DNA of 64,000 nucleotides from Thermoanaerobaculia bacterium (GTDB lineage: Bacteria > Acidobacteriota > Thermoanaerobaculia > Multivoradales > Multivoraceae): contig OY762911.1 of the NCBI GenBank assembly GCA_963666565.1, forward strand, positions 3,680,001 to 3,744,000, in the 5' to 3' direction. Of this stretch, positions 1 to 11,000 are shown in pieces. Positions within the stretch are counted from its first letter, which is position 1. Each line of letters begins with the position of its first letter. The notes under the pieces were generated by a model that saw nothing but the letters and a program-made list of their open reading frames with translations, ran no database searches and had not been told where the DNA came from. Made by a program: the position numbers and the translations under genes.

Positions 1-1356
<1,356 letters not shown>

Positions 1357-1360
<4 letters not shown>

Positions 1361-2622
1361 AGCAGGTCTGGTCGGTGATCCGCCGCGAGTACGTGGAGCG
1401 CGTCAAGACGAGGGCGTTCATCCTCTCGACGCTCGGCATGCCGCTGCTCATGATCGGCATCATGGCGGTCGTCGGATTCGTCGCGTTCCTCTCCGAGCAG
1501 TCGGAGCGGCAGATCGCCCTGATCGACCTGAACGGACAACTCGGCGAACGCGTCCAGCAGGCCCTGGATCGGGCGGGATACGACGTGGAACTCGCGGCGC
1601 CCGAAACCAGCGCCGAAGACCTGGACCAGCAGGTGCTGGACGAAGAACTTGAGGCCTACGTCGTCCTCGACGACACGACGGCCAGCGAAGCCGTCTTTCG
1701 CTACCGGTCGAAGGAACCGCCGGGAAGCGTGCGTTCGCAGTTGATGCGATCGGCCGTCGTCGAGGAGGTCGTCGACCTGCGTCTCGGCCAACTCGAGGAC
1801 GGCGAATCGGTGCGGAGGCTCTTCGAGGGCGGCTCGCTGGAGTACGAGCCAGTGGGCCTGGACGAGGAGGAAGCGGAGGAAGCCGAGGCCGAGCGGATCA
1901 CCGGCATGATCACCGGCATCGCCGGCGGCCTCATCCTCTACATCATGATGCTCGCCTACGGTGCCCAGACGCTGCAGTCGGTCCTCGAGGAGAAGCAGAG
2001 CCGGGTCGTCGAACTGGTGATCTCGTCGTTGCGACCCTGGCAACTCATGCTGGGCAAGATCGTCGGAGTCGGGGCCGTCGGCCTCACCCAGGTAGCGATC
2101 TGGATCGCTTGCGTGGCTCTGCTGGCCGGCCTCGCGTTGCCGAGCCTGATCGCCGCCGCCTCGGACTTCGAAGAGCTGGCTGAGTTCCGGCAGTACCTTC
2201 CGGGCCCCGGCGCCGTTCTGCTGCTCGTCGTCTTCTTTTTGCTCGGCTACTTCCTCTACTCGAGCCTGTTCGCCGCGGTCGGCGCCATGTGCCGGAACCT
2301 GCAGGAAGCGGGACAAACCCAGGCGCCCCTCATCGTCCTGATCATCGTCCCGTTCATGCTTCAGATGATGACCTTCCAGGGGAACAGCATGCCGTGGATG
2401 AACTGGGTGGCCCTGTTCCCCTTCTTCAGCCCGATCATGATGTACCCCCGGGCCGTGATGGGGGACGTACCCGCCTGGATGGTCGCCGTCTCGATCGTGC
2501 TGATGGCGCTGACCGTCTGGGGCGCCGCCTGGGTGGCGGGCAGGATCTACAAGGTCGGCATCCTCAGTCAGGGCAATCGGCCCAGCCCGCGGGAACTGCT
2601 GCGCTGGATCCGGGAGGCGTAG
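1357..2622 (+). CDS. ABC-2 type permease (NatB/YhaP-like)
   Basis: ATGA overlap with the ATPase; MKQVWSVIRREY start, EEKQSRVVE and LMLGK motifs, multiple TM segments. Confidence 0.92.
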
Positions 2623-2704
2623 CAGGGCGCGGAGCGCACTGCTACGGCGAACCGGACCAGCTCAATGACCGCGGAGCGCGTCGCCAGACCGCGACGTGCG
2701 TTGA

Positions 2705-4645
2705 TCAGGTGGATTCGGGAGGCCTGAGGATCGGCGGCATCGGGCAGTTGATCCAGGCCGCCACGACCCGCAGCAGTTCGCCCTCCTCTACCGTCACCTG
2801 CCGGTCAGCCGTGATGCAGGCGACTGCCGCCTCCAGGACGCGCTTCTTCACCTGTGGCGCAGCCCGGTCCAACTCGACGAGAGCCACATCGAGTGCGGTG
2901 AAGCCGCATTCCTCGTGCGGAAGCAAGCCCCTTTCGGGAAGCGAAAGGACCCGCCACCCTTCCGCGAAGGCCCGTTCGGCCGCCTGGGGATCCCGATTGC
3001 CGACGTAAGCGAGCACCGACAGGAGCACCGCCAACGGGGATTGCACCGCGCCGGCCGAACGATGGCGCACCCGCGTCGGCCCCGACCTGCCGAAGGACGC
3101 CTGCATGTCGCGCAACAGGATGCGCTGGAGCGACCACTCGAACAGGTCGATGACCTCGTCCGCCTCGACAAGCGCCACGACGTTCTCCTGGAACCGCTCG
3201 ACCTGCCGCGACGTGAGGCTGCGAAGCGCGGGCAAAGCGATCTCGAGCACGGGTAAGCGCACTCTCGGATCGAGCCGCTCGACGACCGGAGCCAGCCGCA
3301 CGGTCTCTTCGTAGACGCCGTCGTCCGCCGCCGCCTCCAGGTGGGCGAGCTGCAACCGTCGCGGTCCCGGATCATGGTCGAGCAGAAGCGCGTAGACGAG
3401 GGCCCGGGCGCCGTAGGGCTCGTGCGCGGCCACCATGACCGGCTCCGGCAGGCGGTCGATCAACCCGGCCGCGTACTCCACGTGCGCAGGCGTCGGCTGG
3501 CCGACGTGGCCGATCGCGGCAGCGAGATTCGGCCCGGCGGCCCCTCCGCCATCGCCGCCCGCGAAGCCCACGGCACCTGGAGGACCAACCGCGCCCGGAG
3601 CACCATCGCCAGCCCCGAGCAGTTCCGGAAACTCGCCGTCCCAGGACGGATCGATCCGTTTGATCCGCTCCCCCAGCGGCGGATGGGTCGAGAACATCGC
3701 GCTGAAGCCGGAGGTCGCCCGGCCGAAGAACATGTGGCTGGCTTGCGGCGCGTTCGGGTTCTCCACCTTCGAGCCGGTCACGAAGCCGCCGATCTTCTTG
3801 AGCGCGCCGGCGATTCCCCAGGGATGGCGGGTGAACTGCACCGCCGAGGAGTCGGCCAGGAACTCGCGTTGCCGGCTGACGGCGGCCTTGATCATGTTGC
3901 CGAAGAAGGTACCCGCGAAGCCGACGATCGCGAGCCCGGCGCCGAGAGCCAGGATCGGCAGCGCGCCCTTGTTGTCTCTCGAGCGTCCACCCCCGGTGTA
4001 GAACGACATCCTGAGGATGAAGTAGCCGATCATCCCGATGAGGAAGATGCCGTGGAGCATGCCGATCAGCCGGATGTTCAGCCGCATGTCGCCGTTCAGG
4101 ATGTGGCTGAACTCGTGGGCGATGACCCCCTGGAGTTCGTCGCGGTCGAGGGTCGCCGCCGCTCCGCGCGTGACGCCGATGACGGCGTCCTGGGGCGCGA
4201 AGCCGGCGGCGAATGCGTTGATGCCCGCTTCGCCGTCCATCACGTAGACCGGCGGCGCCGAGGTGCCCGAGGCGATCGCCATCTCTTCGACGACGTTGAG
4301 CAGCCTGCGCTCGACCGGGTCCGACGTGCCGCCATCCACGAGGCGGCCGCCCAGTTCCTCGGCGATCACGCGACCGCCACCACGCAACTGGGCGAGCTTG
4401 TAGAGGCTCCCACCGCCGACCACCGACAGGGTGCCGAGCGTCGCCAGGATCAGCAACCGCGGATCGCCGACGGCCGTCCAGTCGAGCGCGCCCGTGTCGG
4501 GGTCGCGGCCGAAGTACCCCATCGTGGCGGCCAGCAGCACCTCGACCGAAACCACGATCGCGAGCACCGCCAGCGAGAACAGCACGACGAGGCGGGCGGT
4601 GCCCCGCCGGGCTGCGTCCTGCTGCTGAAAGAAGTCGGTCGCCAT
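2705..4645 (-). CDS. M48 family (HtpX-like) membrane zinc metalloprotease with C-terminal extension
   Basis: INAFAAG, AHEFSH (HExxH), SRQREFLAD, STHPP; lies downstream of lemA. Confidence 0.92.
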   Translation of the reverse strand: MATDFFQQQDAARRGTARLVVLFSLAVLAIVVSVEVLLAATMGYFGRDPDTGALDWTAVGDPRLLILATLGTLSVVGGGSLYKLAQLRGGGRVIAEELGGRLVDGGTSDPVERRLLNVVEEMAIASGTSAPPVYVMDGEAGINAFAAGFAPQDAVIGVTRGAAATLDRDELQGVIAHEFSHILNGDMRLNIRLIGMLHGIFLIGMIGYFILRMSFYTGGGRSRDNKGALPILALGAGLAIVGFAGTFFGNMIKAAVSRQREFLADSSAVQFTRHPWGIAGALKKIGGFVTGSKVENPNAPQASHMFFGRATSGFSAMFSTHPPLGERIKRIDPSWDGEFPELLGAGDGAPGAVGPPGAVGFAGGDGGGAAGPNLAAAIGHVGQPTPAHVEYAAGLIDRLPEPVMVAAHEPYGARALVYALLLDHDPGPRRLQLAHLEAAADDGVYEETVRLAPVVERLDPRVRLPVLEIALPALRSLTSRQVERFQENVVALVEADEVIDLFEWSLQRILLRDMQASFGRSGPTRVRHRSAGAVQSPLAVLLSVLAYVGNRDPQAAERAFAEGWRVLSLPERGLLPHEECGFTALDVALVELDRAAPQVKKRVLEAAVACITADRQVTVEEGELLRVVAAWINCPMPPILRPPEST

Positions 4646-4779
4646 CGCGCCGCCGCCCGAACCGGCGAAACCGGACTACTCGCGCCCCGAAGCGTCTCGC
4701 AGACTCGGCGATTCGGACCAGCCCGTCCTTGCCGGTAGTCCGCGCCCGGAAGTCACTTCGTAGCCTGCCACGATGCAGA

Positions 4780-5388
4780 CTACTCGAACGAAATCTGCGG
4801 TGCTTCGGCGATCGCCTCGCTGTCGAACTCGAGCAGCGTCGCGTCCTGGCCGTGGCCGAACATCCCGGCGACGGTGACCGCCGGGAACCTCTGCTTGTAC
4901 GTGTTGTACGCGGTCACCGCGTCGTTGAAGGCCTGGCGCGCGAAGGCGACCTTGTTCTCGGTCGAGCGCAGTTCCTCGCTGACCTGCATCATGTTCTGGT
5001 TCGCCTTCAGGTCCGGGTAGGCCTCCGCCAGGGCGAAGAGGCGGCCGAGGGTGCCGGTGAGGACGCCTTCCGCCGAGGCGAGTCCCTGGATCGCGGCGGC
5101 GTCGCCCGGGTTCGCGGCCGCCTGCTGCAGTCCGCCGGCCGCCTCGTTGCGGGCCTGGATTACCGCCTCCAGCGTCTCCCGCTCGTGCTTCATGTAGCCC
5201 TTCGCCACCTCGACCATGTTCGGAATCAGGTCGTACCGCCGCTTGAGCTGGACCTCGATCTGCGCGAACGCGTTCTGGTAGCGGTTCTTCAGCGTGACCA
5301 GCTTGTTGAAGGTCCCGATCAGCGACGCGCCGAAGATGACGGCGAGGAGCGCCAGACCGGCCAGAATGACGATCGTCAGAATGCTCAT
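4780..5388 (-). CDS. lemA: LemA family protein
   Basis: N-terminal TM, QLKRRYDLIPN, EAYPDLKAN, ENKVAFARQAFND; start ATG 5388. Confidence 0.95.
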   Translation of the reverse strand: MSILTIVILAGLALLAVIFGASLIGTFNKLVTLKNRYQNAFAQIEVQLKRRYDLIPNMVEVAKGYMKHERETLEAVIQARNEAAGGLQQAAANPGDAAAIQGLASAEGVLTGTLGRLFALAEAYPDLKANQNMMQVSEELRSTENKVAFARQAFNDAVTAYNTYKQRFPAVTVAGMFGHGQDATLLEFDSEAIAEAPQISFE

Positions 5389-5510
5389 GAAGTTGTCTCC
5401 GTCGGCTGGGGCCGCCCGTTGGCCGCGGCCCGGCGCCCGGGCGGCGAAGTCCCGCGCCACACCCGAACCAATTTCGAGCGTCCGTCAGCGGGTGCTCGAA
5501 CGGCATGCTG

Positions 5511-7832
5511 TCACAGGCGGAAGGTGTACTGCGCCTTCACCGCCAGCCTCGAGTCCTGCCGGCGGAAGTCGGTTCCCCTCTCGCCCACCTCCTGCACCCA
5601 ACCCTGGCCGAAGATGAAGAACAGGTCGTTGCCCGGCTCGAGGGTCCAGCGCACCCGGCCCTGGAAGCCGAGATTGCCCGAGCGGTTGTCGAACTGCAGC
5701 ACGTTCGAGAACGAGAGCAGCGGCGAAACCGCGTAGTTGAACTCGGCCCGGTGGATCCTGGCGACGAAGTCGCCCTGCGGCAGACGTGCGAAGGTCTGGT
5801 TCGTCTCGACGCTGATCGTCAGGCGCGGCGGCGCGGAGTACCGGAGGCCCACGCGGTAGGTCTCGGCGTCTCCCGACCAGAAGCTGCCGAAGGTGACTCC
5901 CAGGTTCGCCTGAAGCCTGCGCTTCTGCGCCGACATGAAGAAGATCCTGAGCGGCGTGAAGTCGTACTCGCCGGGCGGCAACACCACGCCGGGGGAGATC
6001 TCGAAGGGCTCGAACAGCCGCTCCCAGGTCGGGTTCACGTCGAACAGGCTGTGCAGCGAGTCGCCCGACTGGAAGTGCCAGTCGACGAGCGTGAAGTATA
6101 GGTCGCGGCTCTCGACCAGGCCGTTGTCGAGTCGCTTGAACTCCGTGTAGAAGACGTCGTGGTACATCTGCTGGATGCCCAGCCACTGGTTCTTCGGCCG
6201 CGGGTTGAAGCTGGCGCCCAGCCGCAGCATCCGCACGTTGCGGCGCTGAACGAACCCGAGCGCGGGATCGAAGTTCTCCTGAATCTCGCGCCACTGCACC
6301 TGGGCGTCGTACCGGTCGTTCGGGAACGCCGCCGCGAAGCCGAAGGCCGCATCGTCGTCGGCCGTGCCCTCGGCGGAAGGACCCTCGTTGTCGCTCTGGA
6401 GGCCCCAGGCGTTGAAGACGAAGTTCCGGCCGCTGCCCAGGATGTCGGAAGTGGCCAGGCGCAGGTCCACGCCCATCGTGGTGGCGTCCATGGCGCGCGC
6501 CTGGTTGCCGCTGGTGACGAGCGCGCCGATGTAGGACTGCTGCCAGAAATTCTGCCGCACCCGTCCGACGAACATGCTCTGGTCGTCCACGAACGAGGTA
6601 TCGCCGGTGCCGACGTTGAGCACGCCGACTTCGGTCCGGCCCACCCTGCCGGTCAGCTTCAGCCCGTAGTCGAGCGGCACCTCGCGACCTCGCAGCAGAC
6701 CGATCCGGCGGCTGAAGAAGGGGAAGATCTCGGCGCCGGTACCGGGGATGCCTCCCGGCTGGCTGACCCCGGTGGTCGCGAAGTTGAAGACGCCGGCATC
6801 CTGCAGGAAGAAGGACCGCTTCTCGGGAAAGAAGATGGAGAAACGGGTCAGGTTGATCTGGCGCGCGTCGACTTCCGTCTCGCCGAAGTCGGTGTTGAAG
6901 GTGGCCGTCAGCTTGAGGTTGGGCGTCACGTTGTAGAACAGGTCGAGTCCGGGCTTGCCGCGCAGGCTGTCGTCGCCGCTGGCGGCGCTGTGGTCCCAGC
7001 GCCCCGCGACGAACGGCCGGATGTCCAGACTGAGCCCCTGTTCGAGGCCTCCCATGCCGGAGATCGCCCCCGCCTCCGATACCTGGAAGAACTGCGCGTC
7101 GAAGCGGGCGCCCGCCCAGCGCGCCTCCTCGAACTTCCGCTGGATGTTCCGGCTGAAGTTGAACCCCCAGACCGTGCCCTCCGGCGGGAAGTTCAGGCTC
7201 TTGAAGGGGATCGCGAACTCCGCGCTCCAGCCCCGGTCCGAGCGCTGCGTCGCGACGTTCCAGATGGCGTCCCAGTCCTCGTTCGTCTCGCCGTTCGCGA
7301 ACACCAAGCCGTCGACCAGGGCGCCGTTCGGGTTCGTCGAAAAGTAGTAGGCGTTACTCTGATCGCGGAAGGTATCGAGCAGGAACTGGACGTAGTCGTC
7401 CGGCCTGAGCGAGGCGTCGCGGGCCATCTGCGATGCGAGAACCCGGTCCGGCTCGGAGTCGTGGCACATCACGCCGACGTAGAGGTGGTCGGCGTCGCGC
7501 AGCAGGGTGACCTCCGTGCGCTCGCTCGGCACGGCGCCCTCCGTCGGGATGCGTTGCACCAGGGCGCCGATCCGCGGCGACGATGCCCACGCCGGTTCGT
7601 CCAGGACGCCGTCGAGGAGAATCGGCTCGGACACCGCCGTAACGACCGCGGTCCGGGTCGGCCTGCTCGACTCCTCCTGGAGCGGAGCGGCGACAAACGC
7701 GGGCGGAGCGACGAGCGCCACCCACCCATGCACCACCACGACCGCCGCCAACCGCCTGCCGGGTACGCCGACCTCCGGTCGGCATCCGGGCACGGTCCGG
7801 CGCCCGGCCGGATCGGTCGCTCCCTCGGACAA
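5511..7832 (-). CDS. CBM9-like/DUF5916 domain outer-membrane or secreted protein
   Basis: LDGVLDEPAW, WSAEFAIPF, NTDFGETEVD, FPEKRSFF; C-terminal ..KAQYTFRL resembles a beta-barrel end; start uncertain. Confidence 0.8.
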   Translation of the reverse strand: MSEGATDPAGRRTVPGCRPEVGVPGRRLAAVVVVHGWVALVAPPAFVAAPLQEESSRPTRTAVVTAVSEPILLDGVLDEPAWASSPRIGALVQRIPTEGAVPSERTEVTLLRDADHLYVGVMCHDSEPDRVLASQMARDASLRPDDYVQFLLDTFRDQSNAYYFSTNPNGALVDGLVFANGETNEDWDAIWNVATQRSDRGWSAEFAIPFKSLNFPPEGTVWGFNFSRNIQRKFEEARWAGARFDAQFFQVSEAGAISGMGGLEQGLSLDIRPFVAGRWDHSAASGDDSLRGKPGLDLFYNVTPNLKLTATFNTDFGETEVDARQINLTRFSIFFPEKRSFFLQDAGVFNFATTGVSQPGGIPGTGAEIFPFFSRRIGLLRGREVPLDYGLKLTGRVGRTEVGVLNVGTGDTSFVDDQSMFVGRVRQNFWQQSYIGALVTSGNQARAMDATTMGVDLRLATSDILGSGRNFVFNAWGLQSDNEGPSAEGTADDDAAFGFAAAFPNDRYDAQVQWREIQENFDPALGFVQRRNVRMLRLGASFNPRPKNQWLGIQQMYHDVFYTEFKRLDNGLVESRDLYFTLVDWHFQSGDSLHSLFDVNPTWERLFEPFEISPGVVLPPGEYDFTPLRIFFMSAQKRRLQANLGVTFGSFWSGDAETYRVGLRYSAPPRLTISVETNQTFARLPQGDFVARIHRAEFNYAVSPLLSFSNVLQFDNRSGNLGFQGRVRWTLEPGNDLFFIFGQGWVQEVGERGTDFRRQDSRLAVKAQYTFRL

Positions 7833-7863
7833 CCCGCTGGTCCGCTTCGGTCTCAGGGCGCTC

Positions 7864-9234
7864 TCACGGCGACGGCAGCAGCGCGTCCCGGTCCACCCAC
7901 TCGCCGCGCAGCATGACGCGGTCGATCTGCAACGTGTTCCGTATGTCTGCCAGGGGATCGGCGTTCAGCACGATCAGGTCGGCGCTCATGCCGGCGGTAA
8001 GCGTGCCGAAGTCCGCCTCGCCCACCGGCGGCATCCGGCCGGCGCCGGTCGCCGTGGCGGCGACCAGGGTCTCCATCGGCGTGAGACCCGCCTCGACGTA
8101 GAGCTCGAGTTCGTGGTGCGTGCCCCACCCCATCGGCACGTTCGGTGTACCGCTGTCGGTGCCGAGGGCCACCTGGATGCCGTGGTCGTGGAGCGTCTTC
8201 GTGAAGTCCTGCATGTGCCGGAAGGAGAGCTTGCGTCCCTCGAAGCCGTCCGCCGCCAAGATGGCGGCACGGGCTTCCTCGTCGCTGAAGCGCTCGAGCG
8301 CACGCGGGTTCATCACTGCCCGCAGTTCCGGGTCGTCCAGCAGTTCCGGGTGCTCGGCGAAGTGCCAGTTGTTCTGGACGATCGACAGGGTCGGCGCGAA
8401 GCCGCAGTCCTTCTCCAGGCACAGGTCGAGGAACGCCTGGCTGGGCACCGGGTCCTCCATCGGCACGCCGCCGCCGGGTCCGAAGGTCCGCACCGTGGTG
8501 TGCATGAACTCGTTCAGGCCGGCCTCGAGAAGCTGGAGGCCGTCCGCCTCCTCGTTGATGTGGGCGACCGGGATGAGCCCGTTCTCGTAGGACTCGTCGA
8601 TGATCGCGGCCCGGATCGCCGGCGGGATCTTGCGGTTCGGCTCCGCGACCTCGTTGATCCACATCTTCGTGAAGTGGACGCCGAGGGCCGCCTGCTCGCG
8701 GACCTGGGCCCGCGCCTCCTCCGGCGTTGTCGGCGTGTTCGGGAAGCTGGAGTTGAAGCCGCCCGGGTAGGAGAAGCCGAGCCCGGCGGTGAACGCCCGC
8801 GGCAGGTCCGGCCGTCCGGCGTTCGCCTCCAGCATCAGCGCCACCTTGTCCGGGCTGTCCGAGCCGATGCTGCGGGTCGTCGTGACGCCGTAGTAGAGCT
8901 GCGACCGCAGCGCCTGCTCCGTGGCCTCCACCGGGCCGCCGTAGTGGGCGTGCAGGTCGACGAAGCCGGGGATGACCGTCTTGCCCGCCGCGTCGACTAC
9001 TTCCGTGCCGTCGGGGACATCGACAGCGTCGCTCGGGCCGGCCGCCACGACGCGGCCGTCGTCGATCAGGACGACCGCGTCGGCGACGGGGTCGCCGCCC
9101 GTGCCGTCGATGAGCCGGGCGCCGACGATCGCCAGGTCGGCGGGTTCGACCGGAGGAGCGGAACCATCTCCGCAAGCCGCCAGAACGACGGTCGCCGAGA
9201 GTGCGAGTACCGGGGCAGCAGCGTACCTTGTCAT
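7864..9234 (-). CDS. Metal-dependent amidohydrolase, lipoprotein
   Basis: Lipobox LAAC; PGFVDLHAH, GTDSG, ADLIVLNADPL. Confidence 0.88.
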   Translation of the reverse strand: MTRYAAAPVLALSATVVLAACGDGSAPPVEPADLAIVGARLIDGTGGDPVADAVVLIDDGRVVAAGPSDAVDVPDGTEVVDAAGKTVIPGFVDLHAHYGGPVEATEQALRSQLYYGVTTTRSIGSDSPDKVALMLEANAGRPDLPRAFTAGLGFSYPGGFNSSFPNTPTTPEEARAQVREQAALGVHFTKMWINEVAEPNRKIPPAIRAAIIDESYENGLIPVAHINEEADGLQLLEAGLNEFMHTTVRTFGPGGGVPMEDPVPSQAFLDLCLEKDCGFAPTLSIVQNNWHFAEHPELLDDPELRAVMNPRALERFSDEEARAAILAADGFEGRKLSFRHMQDFTKTLHDHGIQVALGTDSGTPNVPMGWGTHHELELYVEAGLTPMETLVAATATGAGRMPPVGEADFGTLTAGMSADLIVLNADPLADIRNTLQIDRVMLRGEWVDRDALLPSP

Positions 9235-9410
9235 GGTGCGAGCAGGCTACCAGCCGGCCCGCATGCCAGACCCAGCGCCTAACACCGGCTACGCCGGCCC
9301 GCCGGCCTCTGAAGACGCGCCGCGAAGCGGCGAACGCCCGAAGACTTGGCCCTGCGATCAGCCGTCGCACGAGAATGAGAGAATCCCGGCGATCCGCAAC
9401 GGAGCACCCG

Positions 9411-10964
9411 ATGAGCTGGCACGACGACGTCAAGGAGATCGAACGGCAACGTCGCATGGCCGAGCAGATGGGCGGCGCCGACAGCGTCGCTTTCCAGCAC
9501 GGCCGCGGCAAGCTGACGGTGCGCGAGCGGATCGACCTGCTCGCGGATCCGGGGACCTTCCACGAGATCGGCGCGCTGGCCGGCACGGCGACCTGGGAAG
9601 ACGGTTCGGTGGCGGCGCTCAAGCCGTCCAACATGGTCGTCGGCACGCTGCGCGTCGACGGCCGAAAGGTCGCCTTCTCCGGCGGTGACTTCACGATCCG
9701 CGGCGGCGCCTCGGACGCCAACGTCGGCAACAAGAGCCGGTTCGCCGAGCAGTTCGCGCTGCGCAGCCGGCTCCCGTTCGTCCGCCTCCTCGATGCGACC
9801 GGCGGCAGCGTCAAGACCTTCGAGCAGATCGGCAGGACCTACCTGCCCGGCGGCGCGGGCACCGACGTCTCGACCCATCTCCTGCAGGCGGTTCCGGTGG
9901 TCTCGGCCGTGCTCGGCTCCGTCGCCGGCCTGCCGGCCGTGCAGGCGTGCCTCTGCCACTTCAGCGTCATGGTCAAGGGCACGAGCCAGCTGTTCGTCGC
10001 CGGTCCGAAGGTGGTCGAGCAGGCAACCGGCCAGCGCATCACGAAGGAGGAGCTGGGCGACGAACGCACCCAGATGCGGAACGGCGTCGTCATGAACCTC
10101 GCCGAGGACGAGGCCGACGCGATCGCCCAGGTGCGCCGGTTCCTCTCGTACCTGCCGTCGAGCGTCTGGGAGGCGCCGCCGGAGCGGACGCCGGACGACG
10201 ATCCGGACCGGCGGGCCGAGTCGCTCCTGTCCGCGGTGCCCCGGGACCGGCGGCGAACCTACGATCCTCACGCGATCGTCGAGGCCGTCGTCGACGAAGG
10301 GAGTTTCTTCGAGATCGGGCCGCTCTACGGCCAGGCCCGCGTCACCGGCCTCGCCCGCGTCGACGGCATCCCCTGCGGGGTCATGAGCAACGATCCGCGT
10401 TTCAACGGCGGCTCGATGGACATCGCGGCCGGCGAGAAGATGCTCCGGCTGCTGGAACTCTGCGAGACGTTCCACCTCCCGCTCGTCTACTTCGCCGACG
10501 AGCCGGGGTTCTCCGTCGGTCCCGCCCAGGAGCGCCTGGGAATCGTGAGGGCGGGCGCCCGCGTCGTGACGGCGCTCAACTCGAGCCGGACGCCGTACAT
10601 CTGCTTCGTCGTGCGGCAGCTCTACGGAGTCGCCGGCGGCCTCCACTGGCGCGGCCAGGGCTTCTACCGGCGCTACGCCTGGCCCTCGGCCCACGGCGGC
10701 TCGATGCACATCCAGGGCGGCACCGCGATCGCCTACAAGCGGGAGATCGAGGCAGCCGAGGACCCGGAGGCCAAGCGCGCCGAGATCGAAGCGAGGCTCT
10801 TCGCCATCTCATCGCCCTTCCGCAACGCCCATGCATTCGGCGTCGAGGAGATCGTCGACCCGCGCGACACGCGGCCGCTGCTGGTGGACTTCGTCCGCGA
10901 CGCGCGGCGGGTGGTCGCGGCGGAGCTTCTCGGGCCGGCGACGGGGCCGAGCTACCGGCCGTAG
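9411..10964 (+). CDS. Acyl-CoA carboxylase carboxyltransferase (beta) subunit
   Basis: GKLTVRERIDLLAD, DFTIRGG, FVAGPKVV, ADEPGF, IVDPRDTR; ATG 9411 after GGAG. Confidence 0.92.
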   Translation: MSWHDDVKEIERQRRMAEQMGGADSVAFQHGRGKLTVRERIDLLADPGTFHEIGALAGTATWEDGSVAALKPSNMVVGTLRVDGRKVAFSGGDFTIRGGASDANVGNKSRFAEQFALRSRLPFVRLLDATGGSVKTFEQIGRTYLPGGAGTDVSTHLLQAVPVVSAVLGSVAGLPAVQACLCHFSVMVKGTSQLFVAGPKVVEQATGQRITKEELGDERTQMRNGVVMNLAEDEADAIAQVRRFLSYLPSSVWEAPPERTPDDDPDRRAESLLSAVPRDRRRTYDPHAIVEAVVDEGSFFEIGPLYGQARVTGLARVDGIPCGVMSNDPRFNGGSMDIAAGEKMLRLLELCETFHLPLVYFADEPGFSVGPAQERLGIVRAGARVVTALNSSRTPYICFVVRQLYGVAGGLHWRGQGFYRRYAWPSAHGGSMHIQGGTAIAYKREIEAAEDPEAKRAEIEARLFAISSPFRNAHAFGVEEIVDPRDTRPLLVDFVRDARRVVAAELLGPATGPSYRP

Positions 10965-11000
10965 TCTGTGGAGTGCAACGGTTCCGCTAGCGCTTCCGAG

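Noticed and set aside
4672-4742. REP/REPIN-like inverted pair cggactac...gtagtccg
   Set aside because: Only 8 bp and no convincing further copies in the window
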